From: Octopus bimaculoides
Lineage: Eukaryota
Assembly: GCF_001194135.2 (NCBI RefSeq)
Contig: NC_068985.1
Coordinates: 18,943,068 to 19,007,067, forward strand
Reading direction: 5' to 3'
Length of the DNA stretch: 64,000 bases
Shown piece after piece: positions 61,201 to 64,000 of this stretch (position 1 is its first letter; every line of letters starts with the position of its first letter). The translations under genes were made by a program, and so were the position numbers. Under the pieces are notes generated by a model, which was not told where the DNA came from, searched no databases, and saw nothing but the letters and a program-made list of their open reading frames with translations.

Positions 61201-62400
61201 ATAATGGATGGAGCATATTTATTGTTGCAAGAGGATAGTAATAGAGAGAATAACTGGAGGAACAGTGTTGGGGTAGGAGTAATGGTGACAGGAGAGGAGA
61301 ATAGGAAGAATAATGTTAGGATTTGTGAGGAGGAGGTAGGAGAAAAATAGTAATAGTGATGGGTGGATTTGTGAAAGTGGACCCAGTGATGGGTTCAATT
61401 TGTCCACTTGTCATACCAGCATGGATTGGACACATTGTCAGGGTGGAAGACTGGTCCTTCATGGAATTACATGGTTTTATTGATGAGGAAAGGTGGTATG
61501 GAGAAAGGCTAGCTGAAACTGTATTAGGGAAGCAAGTAATAGGAGGGAAGTAGTGAGAGGGTGATAGGATGGTAGAGAGGGTTGAGTAGAAAGAAATGTA
61601 GTGCTTCCCCCACATTATACTTGGGTTGATAAAGAGGTGTATGAATCAAGGAAAGATAAGAAGAGGATAATAGGAGGGAAAGGGAAAAGTAGTGTCAGGG
61701 GATTAGTGATAAAGTGTGAGAGTGATAAGAGCAGTGGGAAGGGTTGAGTGGTGGATAAGCAGTGCTACCCCACATGTGTGTAGAGTGGTACTGGCAGTGT
61801 GTGGAGGAGATAAAATGATGATGAGCCATCTGAAAGTGTTGTCAAGATATGTCCAAGAGAGAGCATGGTGACAGGGGAACCAGCAAGAGTAGGTAAAGGT
61901 TGCCAAAGTGCATTCCCTTCCCACTTAAACATCATAATTTGGGAAAAGCCGAAAGTAAAATCTCTTGTACAAGTGTAAAGCAGTTTATTAGGTTGTTGCA
62001 TTGCTCATAGTTTGTTTTAGTCCAGCTGGAATGTTTGGAAGGAACATTGTAGTTATAGCATGGGTGAATAGTCATGAAAAAGTGACTGCATGTCAATTAA
62101 CATGATTAAGTTTTCCACCTATTAGGTAATTCAGAACTCTTGGTTATTGACTACCTGAAGAAAATTTTCAATCAAAAAGTTTAGTTTTTGTTACAACAGT
62201 TGAGCAAGGGAAGATGTCCCTTAATAATGGACACTCTAATCTGCTGGATCACTGGCAGCTGGCCCTTGTGGATGCGTCCATCCATGTGTTATTTCCACTG
62301 TCACTCGGAAAAAATGCGAATGCCTCAGCATCTGCCAGACACTCAGTCCTTTGTGCTTGATCAAACTGACAAAAACATGAAGTGTTGCTCATCTTTTAGC
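61200..62400 (-). mobile_element. Highly degenerate Penelope-like RT
   Basis: Motif-like pieces in the expected order: IKHKGLSVW (DKG..V.W), RIHKGQLP (KIHK...P), FTFG (F.F....Q..G), SWTYLDNTF (W.RYVDD.F), IKPCNS (YKPT.S); strong purine skew on the plus strand. Confidence 0.4.
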
Positions 62401-63157
62401 ACTGACATTTCTATGAGTCTATCAATGCTGTATCCCCAATTACATGGAAAAATATGATACACATCCAGAAAATTAGTGTAAAAAATTTATGCATTTGAGT
62501 TTGTGGATGTATTAACTGTGTTATTTCACAAATTATGATGAATAATATCTGCAATGCTTCTCTTCACATCAAAATTGTGCATGAAAGAATCAACAATTCA
62601 GGAAAAATATCTATTTTATATATTTTGTTTGTGTGTTTACTGGTGTGACTCAGCTAACAAAAAAAAAATCAATTTTCACTCTATTTAAACAATTAATTCT
62701 ATATTGATAAGCAATTCAGTTTGTAAAAGATAGCTATGTTCACATCAAGTGATGCTGTAGTGTAGATAGAAAACTGAATTCCATATCTCTAGAACAGCAC
62801 TGTATTGCTCAACAGAAAAATTTAATCATGGAAAAATAATGTCAGAGATGAAATATCTCTTTTTGAAGTATAAACAATACTCAGCAAATTATTATTAAAG
62901 GAACCCCAATTTAACAAAATTAATTTGCAAGGAAGAAAATATACAGAAATATACTATCTCTGATTTTCTGGTATCCTTGGTTCCAAAGCCTTGATAAATG
63001 AGCCGTTTTGCTGGGCCATCAAATAGTCATAATTCATCAATACCCCTCTAACCTACTAATTATACACCACAATCCATTTTTAACAACAGTTCTACCTTAT
63101 TTTGGATTGATATGGATTAGTTGTTTAAGTTTGACCCTACCACTAAGCCATTGCTAA

Positions 63158-63381
63158 ATAACCCTTTATGATACCAAACTGTCTGAAACTGCTCCTTGTT
63201 CTATGATATAAACTCGCTGTTTTAAAGTAATTCAAATTATAGCTTCACATCAAAATTTCATGTTATTTATGTCCCAAACACCAGCTTAATATTGACAGGG
63301 TTATATTGTTAAATTTTTTTATTTTCAAAATTAATTGAAACAAAAATAGTGTAGTTTGAAATATAATAATGAAAGGGTTAA
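63158..63381. mobile_element. Second TTAA/CCCT-type MITE family
   Basis: ATAACCCTTTATGATA...TAATGAAAGGGTTAA termini; the body differs from the 230-bp family. Confidence 0.6.
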
Positions 63382-64000
63382 GCTAAATAAGCAGTGGAGC
63401 TCTCAAAATTTTGATATCACTACCAACAAATGCAGTGTAAATAATGCATGTAAACACACAGTACACACAACACCACCTGTTACCACACAATGAATTAGAC
63501 TAGCAGCCACAGGAATTTCAAGTTCCCCCTGATAACTTATCTGTACCCAGGGAGGCACCAAGACCATCAGTTGGTGGAGAATTGTCGGCGTGCCTATATT
63601 AAACAAGGTTTAGTGAATGACATCTTAATATATAAATCTGAAATTGTGTGTTTGTGTGAAGCCTTTTTGAATGTTTATAGAAATCCACATTTTCCACTTT
63701 TTCGTAAAAATTTTTACATCAATGGAATTTTCTCGATCTGAGCTTTCCAGTGCAGTAATTAGATTTTTTAACTTCCGTTTACTTTGTGTGATTTAAGGGA
63801 GATTTGGCTGTTGTTTCTAGCAACTTTTATATTTCATCCCTGCTACCTGGAACGCCATTCTTACACACGCGCTCAACATAAAAATATAGAGAGTAAAAGT
63901 AAAAGAGGGAGAGAGAGAGAGAAAGTGATACATACAACGTCATAGATTAAACTTTCATCTCAGTATTCTTTACCTATTTTTCATGACATAGATACGTAAA

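Noticed and set aside
62188-62457. Plus-strand terminal exon or 89-aa ORF
   Set aside because: The opposite strand carries DKG-like and KIHK-like motifs collinear with the degenerate Penelope-like RT at 61200-62050.

Overview
AT-rich eukaryotic genomic DNA from a gapped scaffold (five N runs, most next to (TA)n). It is mostly intronic or intergenic and packed with transposable elements. I infer an octopus (coleoid cephalopod) from the SINE families, the (ATG)n-tailed RTE-type 3' ends and the microsatellite load; I recognised these by eye, with no database search. There are no prokaryotic operons, CRISPR arrays, rRNA or true tRNA genes. Almost all ORFs in the six-frame track are TE fragments, microsatellites or N runs. 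The only fairly well supported host coding sequence is a 24-codon first coding exon on the minus strand (1650-1721, MSSILDQYEQESSRVAAPSTEDTL), which I cannot name. Two CpG-retaining blocks (about 8.3-9.95 kb and 27.85-32.5 kb) look like unmethylated promoter or intergenic zones between CpG-depleted gene bodies, with a few weak exon candidates. TEs seen: RTE, CR1/L2-group, R4/Dong and Penelope-like retroelements; several tRNA-derived SINE families; two Tc1/mariner elements; a pogo fragment; TTAA/CCCT MITEs. I did not find a clearly new protein-coding system. The best leads are structural: three long hairpins made by TEs, a modular head/tail-swapping retroposon network sharing one RTE-type tail, tandem arrays of 24, 66 and 100 bp built around one UTR motif, nested insertions, and an internally inverted mariner. 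TE boundaries are approximate (tens of bp) unless exact motifs are quoted.
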